A stretch of DNA of 63,998 bases, filler included, from Jimgerdemannia flammicorona (taxonomy: Eukaryota): NCBI GenBank assembly GCA_003990765.1. It is 3 parts of 3 records of this genome, joined end to end, with 100 filler letters (N's around TTAATTAATTAA, not from the genome) between each part and the next. Parts side by side here need not be neighbours in the genome. Positions count along the whole stretch, not along the records: positions 21,567 to 43,032 come from RBNJ01001445.1; 2 more parts are not named here. One strand, 5' to 3'. Positions 24,629-37,104 of this stretch are shown piece after piece (the stretch's first letter is position 1; each line of letters opens with the position of its first letter). The position numbers and the translations under genes were made by a program. The notes under the pieces are model-generated. The model had not been told where the DNA came from. It made no database searches and saw nothing but the letters and a program-made list of their open reading frames with translations.

Positions 24629-24986
24629 TAGCACTCCTAATAAATCAAATCAAAGGTCCAATTTGATTCAATTCAAATTAAATTGAAGGCTAATTTGATT
24701 TGAGATCCAATTTGAATTCTATTTTTTGAAATATAATAACTCAACAAATATATATCCAAATTCAATGATCTTTAGCTTATTAGATTTCTCTTATAGAACA
24801 ATCTAATATGCTAAAGATCATTGAATTTAGATATATATTTGTTAAGTTATTATATTTTGAAAAATAGTATTCAAATTAGACCCTCAATTTGATTTGATTC
24901 AAATTGAAAAATCTCCAATTTAATTTGATTTGAATAACCTTCAATTTAATTTAATTCAAATTGATTTAATTTATTTAAGAGTATCA
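24629..24986. mobile_element. Decayed hAT-type MITE, same family as 48333-48715
   Basis: Decayed TIR TAGCACTCCTAA, 8-bp TSD GAGAGAGA/GAGAGAGG and the same internal palindrome with CpG lost. A more decayed relative lies at ~23975-24250. Confidence 0.75.
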
Positions 24987-25354
24987 GAGAGAGGTCTTAC
25001 TTAATACTCTGAATAAGCTGATTCAGATCAGATAGAATTTGAATCTCATCTGGATTAATTTGAATCAACTATTGTTTTGATTTCTAAATTAGACAATTAA
25101 ATGTTTACATCAATAATTTAATGAAAAATCATCCAATTTGACAATCTTGATGTTATTTGAAAGTCCTTAATAAGACCTATCTAATGATATCAAGAATATT
25201 GAAATTAGATCATATATTACTGAGTTGTTAAGAAAAACATCTGACTTGCCAATTTTGGAAATTATTCAACTTGCTGATTTTGGAAATTTCTTCAAAAGAA
25301 TATTTTCTTTAATAGCTTAGTAATGTATAATCTGATTTTAATATTCTTGATATC

Positions 25355-27660
25355 TGTAAGAGGATTACTTATTAGGATAACTGTTATATAGTTCTGGAAG
25401 GGTTTTCTGGAAGTTCTGGATATTCTAAAAGACTGTTTTCTTAAGGTCAAGATCAATTTTATATAGAGTACATCCTCTATACTTATTGATTTCAAGATCA
25501 GGTTAATATCTCAATTAAAGTCCTTTTTGGACTAGTTCTGGATATTCAGGATTTTCCTTGTTTCAGGAAGTTTAAGAAACTAAGACCAGCTTAGTTGAAT
25601 CAGCATATTGCTGTAGACAATACCCAATTAGGAAATTTTGTAATAGGGTTAGGAGTGGGATCTAAGGGAGAGCAAATTTACTTAAGAGTAGTTGTAGATT
25701 ATTAAATAGATTTATTCACTATTTATGATATTGCTATACTAGAAGTAGTTGTATGAAGAGATATTATAGAGAAGTATTCAGGAATGTTCTTGTGTATTCA
25801 AGTCTGTTCAAGTCTGAGATTCTGAGATCTGGGAGAGGGGGTATTTATACTAGTGAGGGGCTATCTGGATTATGCTGAATATGGGTGTAGCACTTAGTGT
25901 CTTACTGAGTCAGAATGCAGTCACATAGTACAAGTGTGATCTAATATATCAAGAGATTGTCTGACTGCTGAGTTAGTTTATAGTTATATTATACAAGGCT
26001 AATCTAACTATACTATAACTGCTAAGCTATTTATAGATTTAGATACTGTCTGGTTAGTCTTTGATAATATTACTATTGATAACATTATCTCTGGCAAAGT
26101 CTGAGCAGTTTTCTGACTTCTGATATCATTAGTTTCAAAGATATCATCACTCCTATCTCTTGTAAGATTAAGGCTGTTCTTGGTGGTGGTTGTTGTATAA
26201 GGATAACAGGTCTTGGTTTTCTTTTTTTTTTAGACTACTGGCACATTTGTAAGGACTGGTCATTCTTGTCTAGGATAAGAGCTCCCAATGTCATGGCTGG
26301 GAGTTCAAACCTCTCAGAAATGATATTTTCTATAATCCAAGGCAATTTCTAGTAGTAATATCTGTCATATAGATAGGCTTGAGATTGGTTTTGACAATGT
26401 CAGCTTTCTTGAGTTCAGATGAAGCATCCATCATTCTCTAATAGAGGTGATACAGATAGAGCAAATGAGGTTATTTAAATACATTTTACTTCTGCTAAGT
26501 AATAAGATCTTTGTATAGTTGCAGTATATCTTAGTCTTGAGTTGATAAGTACAGTTCATAAACCTTTAGTAGATAAGAGAGGTTTTTCTTATCTCAGTTT
26601 GAGTTTGGTACTTTTGGTTTCCTTTTATAATAGTACAATATACCAAACTAGTTATAGAGATTTAGAATCAGTCTTAGGGTTATAGTACTTCTTCTGGTAT
26701 TCTTATATCTTGGTAGTAGGTTCTTATACTTACTGGTATATTTTATATAACCAGGTGATTTCTTCAGTAACTTGTTTTGTAGTCTCACATGTGATTTCCA
26801 AATTGGTTCTGAGAATGACATGTGATTTTGGTGGCTTAGAGATTATGCACTTACAACTCTCTCCTTCTTAGCTTTCAATGTCCTCATTGAGACCTTCTAA
26901 TTTAATCTAGTATAGTTGTACCATTTGGATAGTTCTTGTGGTTGTATTTGTTAAGAATTTGTTCAACTTTATATTCTTCTTAGTCATTAATAATGACAGG
27001 TATAGGTGGTTTTGTAGTTCAGTTCAGAAATATATCTCAGACTTTCTGGAGTAGTGGTCTAACATGGCTGTCAACTTTGAAAAAGTCTTCTTCAGAGTTC
27101 TCAGGTTCTTCTTTAGATGGGCAGATGGAGATGGCAAAGAGAGGACATTTCTTGGCCAATTTCTTGAGCTGTAGCTTGTTGATATGGGTGATCTTTAGTC
27201 TAGAATTACTAGAGCTGAGTGAGTCCTTTTTACCTTGCAGTTTGAAGTTGTAACATTCTTTCTTGATGGTTTATCCAATCAATCATGGAGTTCTCTTATT
27301 TCAACCATAGGGTTCCAAGGATGATTTCATTGTCAAGAAGTGGTATAATTTAAAGGGTAACATATACTCAGTAGTTACCAATTCAGAAGGGCAGATTGCA
27401 GACTTTCTTGCTAATGATATGAGAGGTTCTATCAGCTGTAGCAACTGCTTGAGTTTGTTGTATCAGAGATGTTAGGACCTTGAGTCTGTTGGCTGTTTCT
27501 TCATTGATGAAGTTGTCTGAGGCACTACTGTCTATCATAATCTTGACAGGTGCTCAGTTGACAAAGGCTTGAAGTGTAAGCAGTTTGTCTGATCTAATGG
27601 TAGTAATTTCGGTTGTAGGAGCTTTCCTTCTATTAGTCCTTCTTTGAGCCAGTTCATTGA
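25355..27660 (-). mobile_element. Mosaic of LTR-element fragments: partial LTR B (25355-26100), family A-like integrase end (~26260-26770), LTR B start/PPT (~26780-26900), family B chromodomain/protease fragments (~26900-27620)
   Basis: Colinear matches to 37105-39200, 8110-8650 and 42490-43030. Confidence 0.8.
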
Positions 27661-27996
27661 TATAAGAGAAGCAGTCATTAATTATTCAGAAAGAGTACAT
27701 TTTAATACCATCCACTGGGTATATATCTATCTTTAATTTTCTTATAGAATTATTCTTCTTTACTCATAGTAGATTGGGCTGAGGCCTTATTTGATAAGCC
27801 AAATCCTTTGTATCCTTGGATGGTGGGTTGTAAGTGCACAACCTCCAAGCCACTGAAATCACATGTCACCCTCTGAACAAGCCACTGAAATCACATACAA
27901 TCTCAGAACAAATCTGGAAATCATCTGCCTGATCATGAAGCTGAGTCAAACCAAAGTTATAGTACACAAAGCTGAGTCAACATGAAGTCACAGAAC

Positions 27997-29175
27997 CGCT
28001 CCTTTCTCCGCTACCTTACCAATCACAAGGTTTGGTAGGCGACCTTCCGAGTCCCCTTTCCCCTAATATTACCCCCTCTATCTTGGGTTGGTTTGCTGTG
28101 CCTGTAGGGGCATGGTGGGAGGAGGGCAATGGTGATGAGTTGCCCCTTTATCGGTGTCGGATCGGTGCTTCCTCCACTTTTTCGCGGATTCTGGTGCCTT
28201 CAGCTGCGTCTGGGGTGTACCCGTTTTGGTGCGGCGCCTTCTTCCTTTTGCCGTCGCCAACAAGGAGTTGTCTCGGTGTGTCTCGGGCTACGTAGGGAGT
28301 CGGCCGACCTTGGGCATCAAGTGCTCAGTGTAGGTTACCTGCAGGTCCTCGGTGCCTGTGGTGGGGCCCTCTGGCTTTGGCGAGCTTCCTGGCGAGCGCG
28401 GTTCTGGCATAGGTGACTGCTTTTCGGGTGTTGTCGGGATGGGAGGGGAGATGGCCGTCACAGATAGGCGGAAGGGCAATTACGGTGAACCAGTAGGGTG
28501 CCAGGCTGGGGACAGTCATCGGGGCTGGGGCAGGTGCTGCTTCGGTGGGGCCTTTTGATTGGTGTGGCACGGTTAGGTGGTAGGTGTCACTCTCAGCTTC
28601 TTTTGGCGGGTAGCGGGGTGAGGCCCCAGTCATCAGGGGGGGTCGGGGGGCCCGAGGCTACCCATTTCAGGCGTCTTGGCTGCACTCAACTGGAACCGGG
28701 AGCTGACACGGCAATGTGATCAAGGCCCGCAGGCTTGAGTAGTGGGGTATTGGGGGTTTCCTCCCGCCTCACGTGTAAGTCCTTTACTCACCTCGACTGG
28801 GAGAACCAGGCCCTACCCACCGTGTTATACTTTGATGAGGGTTTTTTCTTTGCCTGTCATTCTCTTTGGGGTGGCAGGGGCTATTCTATTCGGCTTGGGC
28901 ATGGCCTTGTACATACATTGGGTTCTCAGGCGTGCGCTTTCGGTCGTTGGCATATAGTTGGGTTTCCCCTGGTGGTAGGGAGAGCATGGTGCACAGAATG
29001 AGGTGCAGGCTTATCAGCCCTGCTGCGCCTGGCATGGTCAAGCTGCTGGACAATAGCTAGCCTAGGTTAATGGGGGGGCAGTGCTTGGTGGGTGGTGGGG
29101 GAGGGTTTTGGCCTATATAGTCTAGGTTCCCTTCCAATAAAATTCCGCGGGACATGAGTCCGTAAAACAAAAAAA
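27997..29175 (+). mobile_element. 1.18-kb non-autonomous poly(A) retroposon (SINE-like), least decayed copy
   Basis: 15-bp TSD ATGAAGTCACAGAAC (27982-27996 and 29176-29190). AATAAA near 29135, then a short A tail. Absent from other LTR B copies. Confidence 0.9.
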
Positions 29176-32100
29176 ATGAAGTCACAGAACACAAGATTCA
29201 CACAAACGAAATCTTATCAATCAGGACCAAATGCATATATACTGAGCACTGAGATGTATCAAAACAGAGAACCAAAACAAATAACAACCACAACTTCCAA
29301 TTATACAAATATGATCACTGAGATCTACAACCACATCCATGCTAACATTTGGAATGCTATTGTCAACTGAGCTACACCCCCTCTGCCCCTCATGAATATC
29401 TATAGCCTAGCACCCCTCTATTTCGTGGAAGCCCGATGGAATGCCCTAAACATGCTTAATGAAGCCCACTGGATCAGACAAATCTCAAGCTACTATCAGA
29501 TCAGCCGCCTCTTGGAAATATGGTCAAACACTACCATGATACAGATATTATTCAGATGTCTCAACACTAGAAGCTCATTACCCGTAAATATCGAGAACTC
29601 TTCTACAAGTACAGCACCTTTATTCACCACCTCCGAGTTATTACCAGCAAAATGGTTGCTACTCTGTCCTATGGACAAATTGATGACATGATACAAGAAC
29701 TCAACCACAAGTATCTCAAGTATATCGGACCACAGACAGAACCTTCCCGCACCCCGATGACCATATCCTACAAATGTCTCAAGTTGGTTATGCTATGAAG
29801 GATATCTATGATATAATCCATTTTGACAAAGATGAAGCAGAAGACAATGATCCCTCTGACACTGACATAACCTCCAGCTAAGGATCCCTGCCAACCCTGA
29901 TCACACTGCCAACCTTGCCAATGAACTTACAACAGTTCATAACCACATACAAGACTTATTGGGATAATGACCACTGGTATGAATACCAATCTACATTCAC
30001 TCCCAATTACTTCAACTACAATGAAGAGACCAGAGAACACAATCTGTACCTTCAGACAACCCTCGAAATCGAACCAACAACTCTACCACCTGGGTACAAG
30101 TGATATGAACCACAACCACCAGCTTACTATAACTCTACAACTCATAGTGCCATAACCTATAGAAGGTATGCAGACAGCAAATCCAATGAAAGCAAAGACA
30201 ATATACCCCTCCTTTGCCCACCAACATCTTATCCAGCATATGAGACAGATGATGCTATCCTGTGGGATAGAGACGAAGTCCCAATGTATTACTACCTCAG
30301 CAAATAAGGAGAAGTAATCCACGAACCACTCTTCCTAGATAACTATTTCATCAGAGATGATGTCATTAATGGTGATATTATCGAAGACTATCCAAATAGT
30401 ACCTAAACCTATAAATAGCTTAGCAGTCATAGTATAGTTAGATTAGCCTTATATGATGTGACTGTGAACTGACTCAGCAGTCAGACAATCTTTTGATATA
30501 TCAGATCATACTTATACTATATGACTGCATTCCGACTCAGCAAGGCACTTAGTACTACATCTATATTCAGCATAGTCCAGATAGCCCCTCACTAGTATAA
30601 ATACCCCCTCCCCCAGACCTCAGAATTTCAGACTTGAATAATCTGAACACAACTCCTGAGCACTTTCTCACAATATTCCTTCACACAACTATTCCTAGTA
30701 TAGTAATATCATGAATAACAAATAAATCTATTTAATAACCTATAAACCACTCTTAAGTAAATCCACTCCCTATTAGGTCCCACTCCTAACCCCATCACAA
30801 AATTTCCTAATTGGGTATTGTCTGCAGCAATACGCCAATTCAACTAAGCTGGTCTTAGTTTCTCGAACTTTCTGAAATATGGAAAATCCTGAACATCCAG
30901 AACTAGTCCAAAAAAGGACTTTGGTTGAGATGTCAACTCGATCTTGAAATCAATAAGTGTAGAGGACATACTCCATATGAAATTGATCTTAACCATAAGA
31001 AAATGGTCTTCTAGAATATCCAGAACTTCTAGAAAACCCTTCCAGAACTATGTAATGGTTACCCTAAAAAAGCAACCCTCTTACAACTTGGTAGCAGCAG
31101 TTTACAATCCAATTCCACTTTAAGACACTTCCTCACTCAGCTATAAAACCCCTCTGCAAATTCCTATAAGTTGGTATAAAGCCCAACCTCTAAACTGAAA
31201 TTTATCCTGAACCATCTGACAATCTAAAGAGAATTGAACCTGATGTACAAGGACAATTTGACCTCCATACCTGCAACAAGTGGGACAAACTTCACTCAAA
31301 GAAAGAAGTACTCTGATTAAACCAGCATATAGGTGAAACCCTATTCACTGAACTCCTTGCACTACACCCAGTAAGTCAGGATGAAGAAGGTCTTATAGAA
31401 GCCTTCTTTACTCTCCTCAACAAGAGTTTTGTCAGCTCTACAAATCTGAGTGACCTAGGACAACTAGCAGCAGTCTTTCTAGCCATAGTTCCTCATGAAG
31501 CCCAAGCCTCTGTAGCCAAGTGACTCAACTCTACTGACTTTCACCATACCAGGACCAAGACTGCATTATACTACTGATTTCAGAATAGTAAGGCCCACCA
31601 TATTCTTAAAGAAGAAGCAAGAGAAACCCTTCATCAACTACCTGACCCCGAACCTGAAGCAGGCCCTGCTATAGCCCTACCTGAATCTGAAACCAATACT
31701 GAACCTAAACTTGACTTTGAATTAAGTCCATCTGAAATCAGATATATAACTGATTCTGTCTACTTTGATGCCAAGCAAACCCAACTATATGGGGACCAAA
31801 CCAAAGAGGAGGATGAGTATCTCAGTGAATTCGATCCTAGATATACCACTGAAGGAGAAGTACCTCCATCAGAACAGAATATATCTACACAGCAACAAAC
31901 AGTTATCTATCAAACCCTCACTCCAGACCCATAACTACTACTCCAGCAAGTTACATAGACCCAAAGAACACCCTCACACTCTGCACCAGTACCTCAAGTA
32001 GAACCAGTAACACCACTATCAGTAGTCCAACTGCCTCCAGTAAACAATATGGCAAATCAACAGATTCTAGACCTCACAGCCCAGGTAGCCATAATGGCAA

Positions 32101-33113
32101 CAACTATTATTGTCTTAGCTGAACAGACTCGACCTACAAAAAATCTAAGCCTACCTACCTTCAATGGTACTGCACAAGAAGTCCAAAGCTTCATTAGTGT
32201 AGTTGACACCAACTTCGAAGCCAATCAATGGACTAATGAGTAAGTTGCTGACTGCATTCTGACAAACAATCAAGGCCACACTCTGGAATAACTCTTTACT
32301 ATCACTATAGCCTATGTCCACCAAGTTGTTACATTCTTCTGAGTACCCGCCAAGGAATAGTGGCGAACCCTTTCTGAAAAACCCCTCACATGGGACACCC
32401 GACCTACAGTAGTTACTCAGAATACAGCAAACAATATCTCAGGATATAGAGCCCACCCTGCAGCCTCTGGACTCAAACAACTCATGATTGCTCAATATTG
32501 CAGCAAAACCATGATTGCCGAATCTTGAGTAAAACTCCACAACCTCAAATTTGATATATATGGCAAAGAAGAATTTGAAACCTTCTATACAAAACTTGAG
32601 TCACTCCTGAACACTATTGGTCTAAGATATATTGCCAATGATGAAGTACAAAATAGTACAAAAGCAGACCATTTATTCAATGTACTGTCTGAATAGCTTA
32701 CTAGAAAAATCTGAGAACAAGGCTGCCCAGTTGGTTACAATCACCAATAATGGTGCCTGGCAAGAATCAAGACTATGGTCAAGCAAATCCTAACAGCTGG
32801 ACCAATGCTGCCCCAAAGACAATTTAACAATAAGGAAAAGACTTGAACCAAGAAAGAAGAACCCAAGCATAAAGTATCCCAAGCTCCCTCCACATCCACC
32901 TCTTGGACACTCAGAAATCACGAACCCACCCAGCTGAGTACCTTGAAGAAACTGACTGAAGGAGAAAGGAATGAACTTTGAATAAGCAGAGTATGCTTCT
33001 ATTGCTGAAAGACAGGACACATGGCCAGTACCTGTCCTAACTGAAAACCCCGAACAGTAATATGAGCAACAGTTACCACTCTGCACCACCTAAACAACCT
33101 GACTACCAGAATA

Positions 33114-33530
33114 CTAGACTTTGTCAAGTTAAGACAAACTGCCAAGGCCCCAATCAAAGGAAGTCAAAAAGCAGCCAGATATGACCTGTATGTAGCCGAA
33201 GAAGCTACAGTTTCCAACCAAGAAGTCAAGCAAGTCTACACAGGAATCAGTATCCAAATTCCTGAAGGACATGTCAGAAGAATATGCTGTCACAGCAGCC
33301 TAGCACTGAAAGAACTCTCAGTAGAAGGAGGAGTTATTGATAAAGATTACACAGGCAAAATCATTGTTCTGATCCAAAACCATAGTTGGACACCCTTCAA
33401 GATTCCCATTGGTTTCTGCATTGCCCAGATTCTATTCGAAAAAATCGAGTCAACTCTGACAGTCAAGGAAGTCCCTGAACTACTGCCCACTATCTGAGGA
33501 TCCAAAGGATTTAGCTCATCAAACAAGGCC
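33114..33530 (+). pseudogene. dUTPase domain of the LTR retrotransposon
   Basis: AARYDL (motif 1), HSSLA (motif 2), EGGVIDKDYTGKI (motif 3), IAQILF (motif 4) and *GSKGFSSS (motif 5; CGA changed to TGA). Confidence 0.9.
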
Positions 33531-33532
33531 CC

Positions 33533-36500
33533 TGTAAGAGGGTTGCTTTTTAGGGTAACTGTTACGTAGTTCTGGAAGGGTTTTCTGGAAGTTCTGGATA
33601 TTCTGGAAGACTGTTTTCTTATGGTCAAGATCAATTTCATATGGAGTATGTCCTCTACGCTTATTGATTTCTAGATCAGGTTGATGTCTCAACCTAAGTC
33701 CTTTTTTGGACTAGTTCTGGATTTTCCGTATTTCAGGAAGTTCGAGAAACTAAGACCAGCTTAGTTGAATTAGCATATTGCTGCAGACAGTACCCAATTA
33801 GGAAAATTCATGATGGGGTTAGGAGTGGGACCTAACGGGGAGCAGATTTACTTAAGGGTGGTTTGTGGGTTATTTGAATAGATTTATTCACTATTCATGA
33901 TATTACTATACTAGGAGTAGTTGTATAAAGAGATATTGTGGGGAAGTATTTAGGAATGTTCTTGTGTATTCAAGTCTGAGATTCTGAGGTCTGGGGGAGG
34001 GGGTATTTATACTAGTAAGGGGCTATTTAGACTATGCTGAATATGGATATAGCACTAAGTACTTTGCTGAGTCGGAATGTAGTCACGTAGTATAAGTGTG
34101 ATCTGATATGTCAAGAGATCGTCTGACTGCTGAGTCAGTTCACAGTCATGTCATACAAGGCTAATCTAACTATACTATAACTGCTAGGCTATTTATGGTT
34201 TAGGCACTATCTAGGTAGTCCTCGATGACATCACCATCAATTGCATCATCTCTGATGAAGTAGTCATCTAGGAAGAGTGGTTCATGGATTACTTCTCTTT
34301 GTTTGCTAAGATAATAATACATTGGAACTTCATCTCTATCCCACAAGATAGTATCATTGGTATCATATGCTGGATAAGGTTTTGGTGGGCGAAGGAGGAG
34401 TGCATCATTTTTACTTTCATCAGATTCACTATCTGCATACCTTCTGTAGGTTACAGCACTATGAGTCGTAGGGCTGTAGTAAGCTGGTGGCTGTGGTTCA
34501 TGTCGCTTATACTCAGGTGGTGGAGTGGTTGGTTCAATCTCAAGGGTTGTCTGGAGGTACAGGTTGTGTTCTCTGGTCTCTTCATTATAGTTGAAGTAAT
34601 CAGGAGTGAATGCGGGTTGATATTCGTACCAGTGGTCATTGTCCCAATAAGTCTCGTATGCTGTTATGAATTGTTGTAAGTTTATCAGCAAGGTTGGCAG
34701 TGTGATCAGAGTTGGCAGAGATCCTTGGCTAGAGGTCATGTCGGTGTCAGAGGAATCATTGTCTTCTGCTTCACCTTCATCAAAGTGGATTATATCATAG
34801 ATATCCTTCATGGCATATCCAACTTGGAACATTTGCAGGATATAATCATTGGGGTGTGGAAAGGTTCTGTCTGTGGTTTCGACATACTTGAGGTACTTGT
34901 GGTTGAGTTCTTGTATTATATCATCAATTTGACCATAGGACAGGGTAGCAATCATTTTGCTGATGGTAACTTGAAGGCGGAGAATAATGGTACTGTACTC
35001 GTAGAAGAGTTCTCGATGTTTGCGGGCAATGAGCTTCTGGTGTTGAGACATCTGGGTAATGTCTGTATTGTGGTGGTGTTCAACCATATCTTCCAGGAGG
35101 CGGCCGATCTGGTAGTAGCTTGAGATTTGTCTGATTCGGTGGGCCTCACTAAGTATGTTCAGAGCATTCTATTAGGCTTCCATGAAGTAGAGGGGTGCTA
35201 AGCTATGGATATTCATAAGGGGTAGGGGGGGTGTGGCTCAGTTGACAATGGCATTCCAAATGTCAGTGTGGATACAAGTATAGATCTCAGTGGTCATGTT
35301 TGTGTGTTTGGAAGTTATAGTTATTGTTTGTTTTGGTTCTCTGATTTGATGCATTTTGGTACTCAGTATATATACATTTGATCCTGATTGGTAAGATTTC
35401 ATTTGTGTAAATCTTGTGATCTGTGACTTCATATTGACTCAGCTTTGTGATCGAGCAGGTGATTTTCAGATTTGTTCAGAGGTCACATGTGATTTCAGTG
35501 GCTTGGAGGTTGTGCACTTATAACTCTCCCCTTCTTAGCTTTCGACATCCTCATCGGGGCCTTCTAATTTTGTTCAGTGGTACAGGGAGAATAGGCTTGC
35601 TTTCAGTTGTGCCATTTTTCCAGAGGGTCAGTATCCTTGTCTTGTTTTGCTGAGTTCTTGGTTTGGTTTGCAATAATTAATATGTTTGGGAGGATAATAT
35701 ATAGTATGTATGGATAGCTGCAGAGTATTTGGTTCTAGTTGTTCAAGGAATCATATTCCTGAACTAGGTCAGTAGCATTCTGGAGATTGGTCTTGGGTTC
35801 CTAGGTTGCATCATGGATCGGGTAACCTTTCCATTTGACAAGGTACTCAGGGTGGCTCTTGTTGCTATATTTGTTGAGGATTTGTTCAACTTTGTATTCT
35901 TCTTGATTATTAATAATGACAGATGCAGGTGGTTTAATGGTCCAGTTTGGAAATAGCTTATCATCATTCTCATTGTATCACTTGAGATATTGAACATTAA
36001 AGACTGGGTGAATCTTAATGGTATCTGGTAGCGCCAATTTGTAGGAGGTTGGAGAAACTTGTATAATGACTTCAAATGGTCCAATGAACTTGCTGTTCAG
36101 CTTAGTAGATGGTCTGTGCTTGAGGTTGTCAACTCGGTATCCTCTGATGTCTAGTAGAACTTTTTCTCCAATATTAAAGGTTTCTTCTCGGCAGTGTTGG
36201 TTAACATACTGTGACTGTTGTTCTTGAGCTCGTGATAAATTCTCAATTACGATCTGGCTTAGATTGCGCATTTGGAGTAAGAATTCTTCAACAGCTTTAA
36301 CTGTGGAGGGTTCCTCAGTGGTTCGGATAAGTGTCAAAGGGGTGTTTGGGTTTTGTCCAGTGTTGGTGAAGAATGGGGTCATTCCGAGAGAGGCTTGCTT
36401 GCTATTGTTATAGGTAAACTCAACTATGGTGAGGTGTTCATGCCAGTCATCTTGTCTGTAGGAAACATAGTTTCTTAGTATTTGTTTCAGAGTTCAGTTC

Positions 36501-37000
36501 ATTCTTTCAGTTTGGCCATCAGTTTCTGGGTGAAAGGCTGTGGATAGTGCAAGTTTTGTTCCAAGGTATGTATGGAGGGCTTTCCAAAAATGGCTGGTGA
36601 ATTTCGGGTCTCGGTCACTAATGATGATCTTGGGAAGATCATGATAGTGGAAGATGTTGTCAAACAAGAGTGTGGCTATGTCTGGTGCTGTTGCAGTAGT
36701 GGTAGTAGGCACAAAGTGGGCTTGTTTGCTGAGATAGTCAACAAAGACAACAATTGCATCTTTCTCATTCTTGGTTCGGGGTAGTTGTAAAATGAAGTCC
36801 ATAGAGATTTGTTCCCAATTAGCAGATGGTACTGGGATAGGGTGAAGTAAGCCAGGTTTTGCTAGTATTGAGGACTTGTTTCATTGGCAGGCATTACAGG
36901 AAGTGATGTAGGTTTTGAACTGATCTGCCATATGGGGCCAATAGAAGTTTCAGGAGATAACTTCATAATATTTATCAAATCCTAAATGTCCAGCTGTAGA
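33533..37000 (-). mobile_element. 3' part of a family B element: integrase-chromodomain + 3' LTR (33533-35522)
   Basis: MDFILQLPRTK, AFHPETDGQTER, KFIGPF and IHPVFNV motifs. PPT AAGAAGGGGAGAG next to the LTR. Confidence 0.92.
34200..35298 (-). CDS. ORF of unknown function inside LTR B (U3); disrupted copies at ~29310-30405, ~37791-38888 and ~20590-21420
   Basis: 295-aa open stretch 34200-35087. The upstream in-frame part (MTTEIY...IWNAIV) is interrupted by C-to-T stops. Confidence 0.65.
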
Positions 37001-37104
37001 AGAGAGACCTGGCTGATGGTGTGATAGAGCTGACAGTGATACATACCATTGCTTAAGAAGTTGATCTTGAAGTTTACTATAATCTTGTACTTCTAGGGCT
37101 TAGT

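Larger units (their letters stand above)
27829..33532 (+). mobile_element. 5' part of a family B Gypsy element: 5' LTR 27829-31085 (interrupted by a retroposon), tRNA-iMet-like PBS, gag, dUTPase
   Basis: LTR TGTAAGTGCAC...CCCTCTTACA, then TGGTAGCAG at 31089. Gag-like LPTFNG near 32150 and CFYC..GHMASTCP near 32995. Truncated by an inverted LTR B at 33533. Confidence 0.85.
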
